This document shows positions 17,957 to 27,703 of a stretch of 64,000 nt of DNA, piece by piece. Position 1 is the first letter of the stretch. Every line of letters begins with the position of its first letter. Both the position numbers and the translations under genes were made by a program. Under the pieces are notes generated by a model. That model searched no databases, was not told the origin of the DNA, and was given only the letters and a program-made list of their open reading frames with translations. The stretch lies in assembly GCA_963719315.1 (NCBI GenBank), contig CAVRBU010000001.1, forward strand, positions 544,001 through 608,000, given 5' to 3'. This stretch comes from an uncultured Planctomycetota bacterium. GTDB lineage: Bacteria > Planctomycetota > Planctomycetia > Pirellulales > Lacipirellulaceae.

Positions 17957-19450
17957 TTATTTGAGCACATCGCGGAGGCTATCCGAGGATTGATAGCGAA
18001 TGCCCTCGTTGGACAGGATTTCTTCCGTTGCCGCTTCGATTTCAGTGCGGCGGAAGACGAGCGCCTCGCTGCGGTCGGCCATTTCGAAGCGGAGGAACTC
18101 GTCCTTGCTGTCGCGGAGCATCTCCGCCAGCGTTTTGAGGTTTTTCACCGGTTTGCCGTTGAGCTTCTTGATTACGGCGAGCGGCCGGTTGTCGTAGCCT
18201 TTGATCGAAGGGTGCGGAAACATCCGCGTAGCGATGACCACAAGCTGCTCACCCGGCTCGCCCGGCTTGTCGTACAGCCGACTGAGTAGCGGACTCTGCA
18301 GCACGAGCAGGGCGCCCATCCCACTTCCACCAAGCGCACGGACGTATTCCTGAGAGGCCACTTCGAACACGAGCGGCCCATAGATGAAGTACTCGGGGTA
18401 CTGATCCTGGAGCGTCGGCAGGACCGTCTCGCGCCGCGGCGCCACTGGCACGCTGACTTCTTTCTTTTCGCCATTGCGGAGAATCGTGAGGTCGATCTTT
18501 CCATCCTTGGCAAGTCGCGCGACATAATACAAGAATCGCATCCGCAGGCCGTCGCGGACGTCGACGTAACCTTGGTTGTCGATCGCGTGCGTGCCGACGT
18601 GGGTTATGACGTCCCATTGCTTGAGCGGGTAGTCGCCATCATCCCGATACGGTTTGTTGATGACGATGCCGGTCACGTCGCTGGGGATTTTGAGAAACTT
18701 CCGGAGGGCTTCGTTTTCGGCCGTCTGGTACTCGTCGAGGAGCAGCAGGTTGCCTTCGTACTTGCTCGCGCCGGCGTCGACGACTTTGAGGAACTCGCGA
18801 ATCTCATCGGTGGGGATCAGATATCCGATGTTTTCGGCCTCGTTGATTTTGCTGAACACCAGGCCGACGATTTTGCCGTCGTTGATGGCCGGCCCGCCGC
18901 TGTTGCCGGGGTTGAGCGCTGCATCGACCTGGATCCGCACGCCGCCGGCCGCGAAGTTGTAGCTGGTGAATTCGATGCGGGAGACGATCCCATCGGTCAC
19001 GGAAAGATCATCGCCGCCGGCCGGGTAGCCGTAGACGCTTACGTGCGATTTGAGCTGCGGCAGTTCATCCGCCAGCGGAATGGCGGGAACGTCTTTCAAG
19101 GCATCCGGATCGGTCAACTCCACAAGCGCCAGATCGATGCCGGGTGCGATGGCCTTCACCTTTGCATTCAGTTGATCGCCGCCGCGGCGCATCTGCACAA
19201 ACACCTGGCTGGCGTGCATCACGACATGGGCGTTGGTGAGAATGCGATTCTTGCCGATCACGACACCCGATCCAGAGACCTTTTCCGGGGCCGCTTTGGT
19301 CCACGGCTTGAAATAATCCGACTCGCGTTTGGTGACGAGCAGCTTGACGACGCTGGGTTCGATCGAGTCGGTGGCAAGCGCCGTGCGGATTGTAAGTAAG
19401 GGCGCGACGAGAATCGCAAAGATTGCAAAGCAGGAAAATCGCGTGTTCAT
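17957..19450 (-). CDS. Trypsin-like (Deg/HtrA) serine protease with PDZ domains
   Basis: GSG, TNAHVV, DLAL, GNSGGP catalytic motifs; signal peptide. Confidence 0.92.
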   Translation of the reverse strand: MNTRFSCFAIFAILVAPLLTIRTALATDSIEPSVVKLLVTKRESDYFKPWTKAAPEKVSGSGVVIGKNRILTNAHVVMHASQVFVQMRRGGDQLNAKVKAIAPGIDLALVELTDPDALKDVPAIPLADELPQLKSHVSVYGYPAGGDDLSVTDGIVSRIEFTSYNFAAGGVRIQVDAALNPGNSGGPAINDGKIVGLVFSKINEAENIGYLIPTDEIREFLKVVDAGASKYEGNLLLLDEYQTAENEALRKFLKIPSDVTGIVINKPYRDDGDYPLKQWDVITHVGTHAIDNQGYVDVRDGLRMRFLYYVARLAKDGKIDLTILRNGEKKEVSVPVAPRRETVLPTLQDQYPEYFIYGPLVFEVASQEYVRALGGSGMGALLVLQSPLLSRLYDKPGEPGEQLVVIATRMFPHPSIKGYDNRPLAVIKKLNGKPVKNLKTLAEMLRDSKDEFLRFEMADRSEALVFRRTEIEAATEEILSNEGIRYQSSDSLRDVLK

Positions 19451-19575
19451 ACTTCCGCCGCTTCTGATTTTGCTCTAGGTGAGTTAGGCGAGGATGCCGG
19501 CCGACGAGCCGATTGTAGCAGGAGGAACGGGCAATTGCGCTAGTTTGCGGAAACACGCAACCAGTCTTTTGGCCG

Positions 19576-19953
19576 TTACCAAGAATGTCTTCGGACGCCG
19601 GCAACGCAATCAAAATGCGGGTCGCGGCTGACGATTTCGAGTGAGAACTGTTTGGCGAGAGCGGCGATCCAAACGTCGTTTTCGGGGATCGGTTTGCCGG
19701 CCCGCTTCAGATCGCATCGAATCGTAGCGTACACATCGGCTGTCTCGCGGTCAGGGTACAGAACGAAAGAATCTGCTTCCAAACGGCGAAACAAGGATTG
19801 CAAGCGCCGACGGCGACGCGAGGCTAGCAAGCCGAATTGATACTCCGCGATGACGTTCAGCGGCACGTGATGGCGGTCGGATTTGGCCAGAAGCTTACCC
19901 TATGCTTTGTCGCCGACGAGTAGTGCGGAGACTGCATTCGTATCGAGAATCAC
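19576..19953 (-). pseudogene. vapC: VapC/PIN toxin with in-frame TAG (19900-19902)
   Basis: MILDTNAVSALLVGDKA*GKLL...VIAEY...IPENDVWIAA.A......SRD.HF; start overlaps antitoxin stop. Confidence 0.85.
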
Positions 19954-20201
19954 TCCCACCCCTCCGCATCGGCGCTTGAGAATTCTTCATCGATAAGCCG
20001 CTGAACGTCGGCTACGTCATCGGGATTGGCCTTGCCGAACACCGCTCGCCACCCGGCCTCCTCGGTCTTTCGATTGCGTTCGGCCGTAAGTTTGTCGCGT
20101 ACGGCGTCGAGGAAGAAGGACTTGATTGTTTGCCCCTTCAGCGCAGCGCGGGCCTTGATCTGGCGGTAGAGGCGATCCGGAAGGTCGAGGGTGGTTTTCA
20201 T
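19950..20201 (-). CDS. VapB-like ribbon-helix-helix antitoxin
   Basis: MKTTLDLPDRLYRQIKARAA; directly upstream of vapC. Confidence 0.8.
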   Translation of the reverse strand: MKTTLDLPDRLYRQIKARAALKGQTIKSFFLDAVRDKLTAERNRKTEEAGWRAVFGKANPDDVADVQRLIDEEFSSADAEGWE

Positions 20202-20303
20202 ATCACAACCATAAAACAATATTTATGGTTTGTCAAGAATGAGAACAGCTTCGCGTCGAATCTGATTGGTGATACGGCGTTGGGTTGGGTGGCTGTACCA
20301 CCG

Positions 20304-20654
20304 CTAGATCGCTTCGCCGCCGCGTTCGCCGGTGCGGATGCGGATGCAGTCGTCCAGTGGCAGGACGAAGATTTTGCCGTCGCCGATTTCGCCCGTCGTG
20401 CCGGTGCGACCGCCCTTGATGATCGCGTTCACGGTCGGCTCTACAAAGCTGTCGTTCACCGCGATCATGAGTTGGACTTTGCGAAGCAAGTTCACGGTGA
20501 ATTCGCTCCGCTTGTACAGCACTTCGGTCTGTCCCTTTTGCCGGCCAAAGCCCTGGCAGTCCATGATCGTAAGCCGCACGACCTCGACTTCGGAGAGTGC
20601 CTTTTTGACGTCCTCCAGCTTGCTGGGCTGGATGATGGCGATGATGAGTTTCAT
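20304..20654 (-). CDS. glnB: P-II nitrogen regulatory protein (GlnB/GlnK)
   Basis: MKLIIAIIQP.KL..VK, GFGRQKG, GEIGDGKIFV, IRIRTGE. Confidence 0.95.
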   Translation of the reverse strand: MKLIIAIIQPSKLEDVKKALSEVEVVRLTIMDCQGFGRQKGQTEVLYKRSEFTVNLLRKVQLMIAVNDSFVEPTVNAIIKGGRTGTTGEIGDGKIFVLPLDDCIRIRTGERGGEAI

Positions 20655-20776
20655 ACGGGAGGGTTGAGGGGCGAGGGTTTAGGTTCGAGAGTCAGGAACC
20701 GGCCCCGACAATCAGCGACTGATTCAGGGGCGGCAATTCATCAACTCTAAACCCTTAGCGCTCAACCCTCAACCCT

Positions 20777-21254
20777 CAGAAGACGCCCCGGCTTGGGCCG
20801 ATTAAAGGCGGAGAATCGGACCCAAGCCATTGGGGCATCCTTCTGGCTCAAAGGGCGGCCGACCTCGCAGCCGCCTTGGATGAGTGCGCAATAAAAAAAT
20901 GCCCGGACTCGGCGCTCCCAGGCGGAAAAGAGCGCCGAGCCTTTGTGGGCATTCGGTTGGATTGGTAACGAGATATTGGGGATCTAATACTGTCGGCGGG
21001 TCTTTAACACATCCTTTGCCAAGGTCCGCTTCGGATTTTCAAAAAAAATGCCCAGGCTCGGCGCTCCCAGGCGGAAAAGAGCGCGCGAGCCTGTATGGGC
21101 ATTCGGTTGGCTTGTTAGTCGTCTAGTGAACCAAAAACTAGACTTCAGAACCTCTGTCGCGCGTTTGCCTTTCTAATCGCAGGCCGTGAATAATGCCCAG
21201 GCTCGGGCGGGCCAGGCGGAAAACCCGCCCAAGCCTGTGTGGGCATTCGGTTGG
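20777..21254 (-). ncRNA. Array of four related hairpin elements with conserved UCCGCCU loop in the P-II leader
   Basis: Copies at 21192-21254, 21041-21110, 20893-20960, 20777-20845; inner stems differ but stay paired. Confidence 0.7.
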
Positions 21255-21309
21255 TTCGTGCTCTCACTTCCTTGCGATTTGGATGATTTGCTTTTCGCTT
21301 GTGGCTGAA

Positions 21310-21326
21310 AGCAATGCACGTGCCAG
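21310..21326 (-). promoter_or_regulatory. Sigma-54 (-24/-12) promoter
   Basis: Minus strand CTGGCACGTGCATTGCT matches TGGCAC-N5-TTGC; points at hairpin array and P-II gene. Confidence 0.8.
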
Positions 21327-21570
21327 TTGTAGGAATTCGACCGGCAGAATGTGTAAAACTACGTCGTAACTCGTTGTGTTCAATCCGTTTAGTATGTCGC
21401 CGATTATTCTAGCGAGGAACGCAGCAACTTCTCAGATAGCTGCGACTGCCCGACTGCTAAGCAGGTGCATCCTTTTAATTGTGCAGAAGGTCACATAGGC
21501 CGCGCCGGACTTTGCCGAGTTCGGTATTGCAACGGCCGAGCTCTGTTCGCTCTTGGCACCCATATCCAAC

Positions 21571-21606
21571 AAAAAAACCGGAGGCCGCCTTGCGGCGGCC
21601 CCCGGT
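21571..21606 (-). terminator. Intrinsic terminator of porin gene
   Basis: ACCGGGGGCCGCC-GCAA-GGCGGCCTCCGG followed by T7 on minus strand. Confidence 0.85.
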
Positions 21607-21652
21607 GGCAATGGGAGGGTTAAGTTGTCCATTCGAAGTTGAGGCTCCTGGA

Positions 21653-23086
21653 CTAGAACGTGTAGATCGCGTCCATACCAAAAATTACGTTGCTAAACTC
21701 GCCGCCGGCATCTTCTTCTATGGTGTCCTCGGCCGGGCACCAGTTGAACTTCATTTCCGGGCGAATGATCAAGTTGGCACTGGCTTGGTAGTTCACGCCC
21801 GTGGTGATTTCGTAGAACGAGGTGCATTCGCCATTAACCTGGTTGCTCTTCCACCATTCGGCACGCGTACCCCACTTCCAGCAATCATTGATGGTGTAGA
21901 ACAAGTAGTTGTTAACGCCATAGCTTTGACCGTCAAACGTAGCGTCCGAATTGCTGCTGGTGTCAAGTAAGTCGCTCTGGAACACGTATTCCCACTTGCT
22001 GCTCAGCGTGAAGTCGGCCACGATGCTGTGCGAGTAACCATCGCCGCGCCAGCCGAGGTCACCGGCGGTAAACAAGTAGGTGTATTTCGCACAGTCGTTT
22101 GCCGTGTAGGTGAAACCGGCAATGGCGTTGTTGCCATTGTCGAATTGATCGTAGCCGGTGTCCCAGCCGAGCGACCAGCCGCCGTAATAGGTCCATTTAT
22201 CGCTGGATTTGTAGGTGCCCAACGCACCGGTGTGGGTGAACGGCTCGCTGTTGAACATCGTGTACGAGTGGCTGTAGAAGAAATTGCCGGTCGCGGGAAT
22301 CACTTCATAGCCCAACGGCGTGAAGAAGTGACCGACCTTTATGTCCAAATCGCCCTTGGCGAATTCGAGATACGATTGCGGCAAGGCCCAGCCGTAGGAG
22401 CCGTGGTCCCACGGGTTGTCGTAACCTTGCGCATTCGGGTAACCCGAGTTGCCGAAGGCTTGCATCTTCTGAGCGTCAACGCCGTAGACCAGGTCAAACC
22501 GGTAGCCACAGGCCCAGTTGCAGCCGTCGCTTTTGGCTAATCTCTCGAGATAGAACCAGGACTGGTCCATATTCAATTGGTTCGGGTTATCCCAGAACGA
22601 GAGCAGGTCGTTGTCGTGAAACGAGAGCGGATCGTTATTGGTGTAGAACCCGAAGGCGAACCAGCCGCCGTAGGTAACGTCGGTGCAGCAGGGAGTCAGT
22701 TTGCTCTGCAGGGTGCAAGGATCGCCGTATTCGCAGCAGCAGCAGAATGGCCAATGCTTGTCGAGGCCGAGGTCGCACCAGTTGTCGCAACCGCAACCAC
22801 AGGATGAGCAGCAGCCGCTTTCGCAACCGCAAGACAGCTCCGTGCCGCACGAGGGTTCCGTGCTGCAAGAAGGCTCACTGCAATTGCAGCCGGCAGCGGG
22901 GGCTGCTTCGGTAGCGGGAGCCTCTTCCTTCTTAGTCTCGTCCTCAAAATAGGCTGCCATCGTTCCGCGAGCCGGTTCGGTGAGCGACGCCGAGGGCGTA
23001 ACGAACTGCGGTTGAGCGGCCAGCGCGAAGCCGGTCCACATCAAGCCGGCGCCGAACACGGCGCAACTTGTCACAAGGCGTTTCAT
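21653..23086 (-). CDS. Outer-membrane beta-barrel porin (BBP2-like) with Cys-rich N-terminal linker
   Basis: Signal peptide; GHFFTPLGYEVIPATGNFFYSHSY..EPFTHTG; IRPE; C-terminal Phe (AIYTF). Confidence 0.85.
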   Translation of the reverse strand: MKRLVTSCAVFGAGLMWTGFALAAQPQFVTPSASLTEPARGTMAAYFEDETKKEEAPATEAAPAAGCNCSEPSCSTEPSCGTELSCGCESGCCSSCGCGCDNWCDLGLDKHWPFCCCCEYGDPCTLQSKLTPCCTDVTYGGWFAFGFYTNNDPLSFHDNDLLSFWDNPNQLNMDQSWFYLERLAKSDGCNWACGYRFDLVYGVDAQKMQAFGNSGYPNAQGYDNPWDHGSYGWALPQSYLEFAKGDLDIKVGHFFTPLGYEVIPATGNFFYSHSYTMFNSEPFTHTGALGTYKSSDKWTYYGGWSLGWDTGYDQFDNGNNAIAGFTYTANDCAKYTYLFTAGDLGWRGDGYSHSIVADFTLSSKWEYVFQSDLLDTSSNSDATFDGQSYGVNNYLFYTINDCWKWGTRAEWWKSNQVNGECTSFYEITTGVNYQASANLIIRPEMKFNWCPAEDTIEEDAGGEFSNVIFGMDAIYTF

Positions 23087-23393
23087 TTCTAAGTACTCCT
23101 TTACAGGACGGATGCGGATCGACTTGTCGCGCCTTGACCGCGCGGGGGCCGCGGTCCAACTCGATCAGGAAACGTGGGTAGAAAGCGGGGCAGGTAAAAA
23201 ATGGCGGGAAGCATTCGGGCAATCCAAGCGGCAGCCATCGCGAGATGTCTACCGTGTCCAAAAGGTTTATCGGAAACAATCGGTTGCTAGCGTGAGCTTC
23301 AGTGCGCTCAACACCACCCGTTGTCCGTGCCGTGGTAGAGGCTGTGCCGCCCTGGAAAAGGTTTCCGCCCGCGCTGGTCGGCACAGCGCGAAC

Positions 23394-24335
23394 CTAGGAT
23401 GAACGCAGTGGTTCGTCGGTAACTTCGTCGAATAGCGCTCGTATGAATTGATCGGGCACGAAGGGGGCGAGGTCTTCGGACTTTTCACCCACGCCGATAT
23501 ATTTTACCGGCAGGCCGACCTGTTGGCGGATTGCAACGACTACGCCACCCTTGGCCGTGCCGTCTAGCTTGGCGAGAACGATTCCGGAGCAGTTTACCGC
23601 TTCGGTAAACTTTGACGCTTGGCTAATTCCGTTTTGCCCGGTCGTGGCATCCAGAACGAGAATCACTTCGTGCGGTGCGGCGGGAAGCTGCTTGCGAATG
23701 GCCTCCTGAATCTTCGTCAGCTCGGCCATGAGATTCTTCTGCGTTTGCAGCCGGCCGGCTGTGTCGACGATGCACACATCGGAGCCGGTTTTGATGGCCT
23801 CCTCGACCGCGCGATAGGCGACGCTGGCCGGGTGCGCGTTGGGCGGACCGGTGACGATCGGCACGCCCAGCCGGTCGCTCCAGATCGTAAGCTGCTCGAC
23901 GGCGGCGGCACGAAACGTGTCGCCCGCGCCGAGGACCACCGACTTGCCTTGCGATTTCATGAGTTGGGCGAGTTTGGCGATCGTGGTCGTCTTGCCGCTG
24001 CCGTTGACGCCGCAGACCATGATCACGGTCGGCCCGGATTCGGCAAAGCGGATCGGTGCCTCCGGTTGGGCCAGAAGCTCCAGCAGCTTGTTCTTGATCG
24101 TTTCCAGCACCTCTTCGATGGTGACAACGCGTGCGCGGAAGTCGGTGGCCACCTGCTCGACAATTTGCTCGACGGCGTCGTAGCCCATGTCGGTCTTAAA
24201 CAACTTTGCTCGGAGCTGATCGAGAAAATCCTGATCGACGAGGCGGCCTTCCGCTTTGAAAAGGTCGCGGACGTCCGTGTTGAGGGACTTCCAAGTTTTG
24301 TTGAGACCTTGTTTTAGTTTGTCGAATAAACCCAT
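23394..24335 (-). CDS. ftsY: SRP docking protein FtsY
   Basis: GVNGSGKTTT, DTFRAAA, DTAGRLQ, KLDGTAKGG. Confidence 0.97.
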   Translation of the reverse strand: MGLFDKLKQGLNKTWKSLNTDVRDLFKAEGRLVDQDFLDQLRAKLFKTDMGYDAVEQIVEQVATDFRARVVTIEEVLETIKNKLLELLAQPEAPIRFAESGPTVIMVCGVNGSGKTTTIAKLAQLMKSQGKSVVLGAGDTFRAAAVEQLTIWSDRLGVPIVTGPPNAHPASVAYRAVEEAIKTGSDVCIVDTAGRLQTQKNLMAELTKIQEAIRKQLPAAPHEVILVLDATTGQNGISQASKFTEAVNCSGIVLAKLDGTAKGGVVVAIRQQVGLPVKYIGVGEKSEDLAPFVPDQFIRALFDEVTDEPLRSS

Positions 24336-24616
24336 GGGAAACTGCGGGATTGTGGTGCGGGCGTGAAAGCGGGACAGTGCGTTTTTTGAACTGGAGACAA
24401 CGGAGGGAACGGAAAAAGATCAAAAAAGCTCAGTTCTCCAATTTTCTCCCTGCCCAACATTCGTCGGCAAAGCGTTCGTTCTTCCGGAGTCGGTGAAACG
24501 ATTTTAAGGGGTTCAGGGCAGATGCGAAACGGGCTGGATTGTTTCGAATCTCACCTGCTCCGCGGGCTAACGAGGGCATTTGCTGCGACAGCCAAACTTG
24601 TCGTATGATGGGGTCC

Positions 24617-24811
24617 ATGAGCACCCGCGAACTCATTGATAAGGAACTCGACGATCTGCCGGAGGCATTGCAGCGCGAAGTCTACGATTTTACTCGCTTT
24701 CTGAAATCAAAGGCTGATAGCGACTCCTTCGATGGACTGTTGGCGAGTGAATCGGCTTTAGCGCGTGATTGGGACACTCTGGAAGAGGACTCTGCGTGGG
24801 CAAACCTGTAG
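24617..24811 (+). CDS. DUF2281-like antitoxin
   Basis: LPE.LQREV.DF..FL and SES.L..DW...EED.AW..L; overlaps downstream toxin. Confidence 0.8.
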   Translation: MSTRELIDKELDDLPEALQREVYDFTRFLKSKADSDSFDGLLASESALARDWDTLEEDSAWANL

Positions 24812-25131
24812 CGGGGGACGTCGTCGTGCTCCCTTTTCCGCAAACGAATTTGCAGCAGGGGAAACGCCGCCCTGCCTTAGTAGTCGTCGATTTGCCGGGC
24901 GACGATCTGATTCTTTGCCAGATCACGAGCCAAGCGCACCGCGACTCGCATTCGATTCCGTTGGATACCGTCGATTTCCAACGCGGTCAGCTTAACGTGC
25001 GAAGTTACGTCCGACCGAATGGCCTGTTTACCGTTGAGCATTCCGTGATTCTGATTCTGTATTGTGCCGCGCACATAGCGACAACGAAGCTCGATGAGAC
25101 GCTAGCGAAGCTACGGCAACTTTTTTCGTAG
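24796..25131 (+). CDS. PemK/MazF family toxin
   Basis: GDVVVLPFP.T.....KRRPALVV, ILCQITS; GTG start; 6-nt duplication (ATTCTG)2 near 25048-59. Confidence 0.85.
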   Translation: MGKPVAGDVVVLPFPQTNLQQGKRRPALVVVDLPGDDLILCQITSQAHRDSHSIPLDTVDFQRGQLNVRSYVRPNGLFTVEHSVILILYCAAHIATTKLDETLAKLRQLFS

Positions 25132-25279
25132 TTGGAGAGTAACGATTGGCCGGTTGTGGTTTTCGATGCGGTGGTTAATGGCGGCGATAGCTAATTTCGC
25201 GCTGCCCAACTGGAGTTGTTTCTTACATTCGCGTTCATCTGCGTCCATCTGTGGTTAACAGATTCTTAGGGAAACTGGC

Positions 25280-25744
25280 ATGTCTGCAAAATCGCGATTT
25301 CAATATATAACGTACATCCGCACGACGCCGGCGAAGTTGTGGCAGGCGCTGATTGATCCGGAGTTCACGCGGCAGTATTGGGTCGCGACGTGGCAAGACT
25401 GCGCGTGGACGGTTGGCGCATCGTGGAAGCTGATGATTCCGGACGGGCGCGTCGGGGATGAGGGTGAGGTGTTGGAGATCGAGCCCGAGCGGCGGCTAGT
25501 GCTGTCTTGGCGGAACGAGTTTTTGCCGGAGCTGCGCGAGGAAGGCTTTTCGCGGATGACCTACAAACTTGAGCCAGTGGGCGACTCAGTGAACCTCACC
25601 GTCACGCACGAGATGGATCGGCCGGACTCGAAGTTGATCGCCGGAGTATCGACCGGATGGCCGAGTATTTTGTCGAGCCTCAAGAGTCTGTTGGAGACGG
25701 GCGAGTCGTTGGAGCACACGCGGAAGTGGCCGGAAGGAATGTGA
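25280..25744 (+). CDS. SRPBCC (Aha1/CalC-like) family protein
   Basis: YI.TTP.KLW.AL..PEFT.QYW; GW..ILS.LKSLLETG. Confidence 0.85.
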   Translation: MSAKSRFQYITYIRTTPAKLWQALIDPEFTRQYWVATWQDCAWTVGASWKLMIPDGRVGDEGEVLEIEPERRLVLSWRNEFLPELREEGFSRMTYKLEPVGDSVNLTVTHEMDRPDSKLIAGVSTGWPSILSSLKSLLETGESLEHTRKWPEGM

Positions 25745-25804
25745 GGAAAAAGTTGAAGGGGGAAGGCGGAGTGTGGAAGGGGGATGGACTACCCAGAATT
25801 GTGC

Positions 25805-26107
25805 TTACTTCGCTTTGCGGTGGCCGAAGGAAGTGGGCGGCAAGGTCGGGCGATTTGGCCGCGGCGAGGGTTGGGAAATGTGCCTCTGAAGAGGAGTATT
25901 TAGACTTTGAGCGTTGTTCGGGTGAAACTCCTGCTGTTTCACCCCGCAGTTCGGGCAATCGATCGTCAGGCGGATCGAGCTGATGGTTGGAATGGTCGCG
26001 ATGGAACCAACCGTGGTTGTATTTGGCCAGTCGTATTCGATGCGACCAGAGGAGCGGACAACGGCCGTTTCCCCGCAGTCGTCGCAGCAAATGGCTTTTG
26101 GGACCAT
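25805..26107 (-). CDS. Small putative zinc-binding protein
   Basis: Two CxxC pairs (CDDC, CPNC); AGAGG upstream. Confidence 0.45.
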   Translation of the reverse strand: MVPKAICCDDCGETAVVRSSGRIEYDWPNTTTVGSIATIPTISSIRLTIDCPNCGVKQQEFHPNNAQSLNTPLQRHISQPSPRPNRPTLPPTSFGHRKAK

Positions 26108-26309
26108 GATTCGCCCTCTTTCTTAGGCGCGGCAAGCACTCCTTCGATTTCTGGAAAGTATTGAGTGCACTAATTGTGCCAGATGAAGGCCGCTGTAAGC
26201 CGAAACTACTCGCGCGGGCGGCGGAAACGGCAAAAGCCGAGGGTGTGCGTATCGAATCCTGAAGTGGTTGGGCCTTAAGTGAGCGACGTTGAAGCGGGCT
26301 TCTGAGCCG

Positions 26310-27107
26310 TCATTTCTTGAGTTCGTGGGCTTTGAAGAACTCGACGATAAGCCGCGGCGCCTCGGGCGGCAGAACGTGGGCGCCAGGGTGAATCAGGGTT
26401 TGGACCGGAGTGCCCTTGTCGGAGTCGTAAACGGTGATGTGGTCGTCGGCGGGCTTGCCGTCGGCGGTCGCGCTATCGAGTTTTCGGATACGTTCGATGG
26501 CGGCTTGTTGATCGGCGATCTTGACCAACTGGTCCTTTTCGCCGGCGACGATGAACGCGGGCTTGGGAGCGGCAAGTTTTAGTTGTGGCCGGGGTAGCCC
26601 GGCACACGGCGCGAGGGCGGCGAAGGTGTTGGGGCGCTGGTCCCACAGCAGATACGTGAAGAATCCGCCGTTGGAGAAACCGGTGGAGTAGATGCGGTTG
26701 TCGTCGACGGAGTATTTCTTGCGGAGGGCGGCGAGCGCGGTGTCGAAAAATTTGAGGTCGCGGTCGCCGTTGTCGCCGGGCAAATGTTGCCAGCCGGCGC
26801 GGCGGCCTTCGGGGTCGACACGGGAGGGCGTCGGCAGGCCTTGCATGTAAACGACGATCGCCTCGGGCCAGGCGTCTTGAAACTTCGTGTTTCGGGCGGC
26901 GCCGCGCATATTGCCGCCGTGCCCGTGGAAGACGAAGAGGAGCGGCGAGCCGCCGGATTTGGGCGGTGAAGCAGGAGCGAAGACGATGGCTTCGCGCTCG
27001 ATTCCGTCGACGGTCCAGGACACGAGGTGCGGCTCGGCGGCCCGGGCGGAAATAGCGAGGACCGCGAGGATGGCGAGTGCGGAGCCGATTCTTATAAGGG
27101 GTTGCAT
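26310..27107 (-). CDS. Secreted alpha/beta hydrolase (PHB depolymerase/LpqC-like esterase)
   Basis: FHGHGG, GFSNGG nucleophile elbow, HPGAH; signal peptide. Confidence 0.85.
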   Translation of the reverse strand: MQPLIRIGSALAILAVLAISARAAEPHLVSWTVDGIEREAIVFAPASPPKSGGSPLLFVFHGHGGNMRGAARNTKFQDAWPEAIVVYMQGLPTPSRVDPEGRRAGWQHLPGDNGDRDLKFFDTALAALRKKYSVDDNRIYSTGFSNGGFFTYLLWDQRPNTFAALAPCAGLPRPQLKLAAPKPAFIVAGEKDQLVKIADQQAAIERIRKLDSATADGKPADDHITVYDSDKGTPVQTLIHPGAHVLPPEAPRLIVEFFKAHELKK

Positions 27108-27217
27108 GGATCTGTTTCCTTTACCGGGCGCGTCGAGCGATAAAGACAAGGAGGAAAGGAGAGGGGGGAGACAGGAGACGCGGTGGAAAACCTTTTTTCC
27201 GTGCCTCCCGGTGTCCA

Positions 27218-27622
27218 CTATTGTTTGTCGCGGTGAATGAATTTGTCGAGGATGCCGTTGACGAATTGGGCAGATTGAGCGCTGCCGAAGCGTTTTGCGA
27301 GCTCGACGGCTTCGTTGATGGCGGCGCGGTCAGGCGTATCGGTGTAAAGAATCTCGTATGCGCCGAGCCGCATGACGTTGCGGTCGGTGGCGGCCATACG
27401 GGCGACGCTCCAGTTGTCGGCGATTTGCGAGAGTTGCTCGTCGAGCTCGGCCTGGTTGCGGCGAACGCCGAGGATGAGCGACATGCAAAACTCTTCGAGC
27501 TCGGGCGAATTGAGCCGGCCGTGGACGAAGGATTTCATGTCGGCGACCGCGGCGCGCGGATTGACATCGTCCTCGAAGAGGATTTGAAGGGCGACTTCTC
27601 GGGCTCGACTGCGGCGGGACAT
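27218..27622 (-). CDS. nusB: Transcription antitermination factor NusB
   Basis: RRSRARE.ALQ.LF; INEAVELAKRFG....FVNGILD. Confidence 0.95.
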   Translation of the reverse strand: MSRRSRAREVALQILFEDDVNPRAAVADMKSFVHGRLNSPELEEFCMSLILGVRRNQAELDEQLSQIADNWSVARMAATDRNVMRLGAYEILYTDTPDRAAINEAVELAKRFGSAQSAQFVNGILDKFIHRDKQ

Positions 27623-27703
27623 GGTGGGAGGGAGGTGTCAGGTTTCAGGTGTTGGGTGTCAGATTTCAATCTCCGACACCTGACACCCGACAACTTTATT
27701 GGT

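Noticed and set aside
20884..21126. 80-aa plus-strand ORF over the hairpin array
   Set aside because: Its repeats only mirror the DNA repeat, it is antisense to the sigma-54 promoter, and the conservation pattern is structural.
20777..21254. Hairpin array as a CRISPR array
   Set aside because: Units of ~65 nt with internal covariation, spacers of ~50-80 nt and no cas genes.
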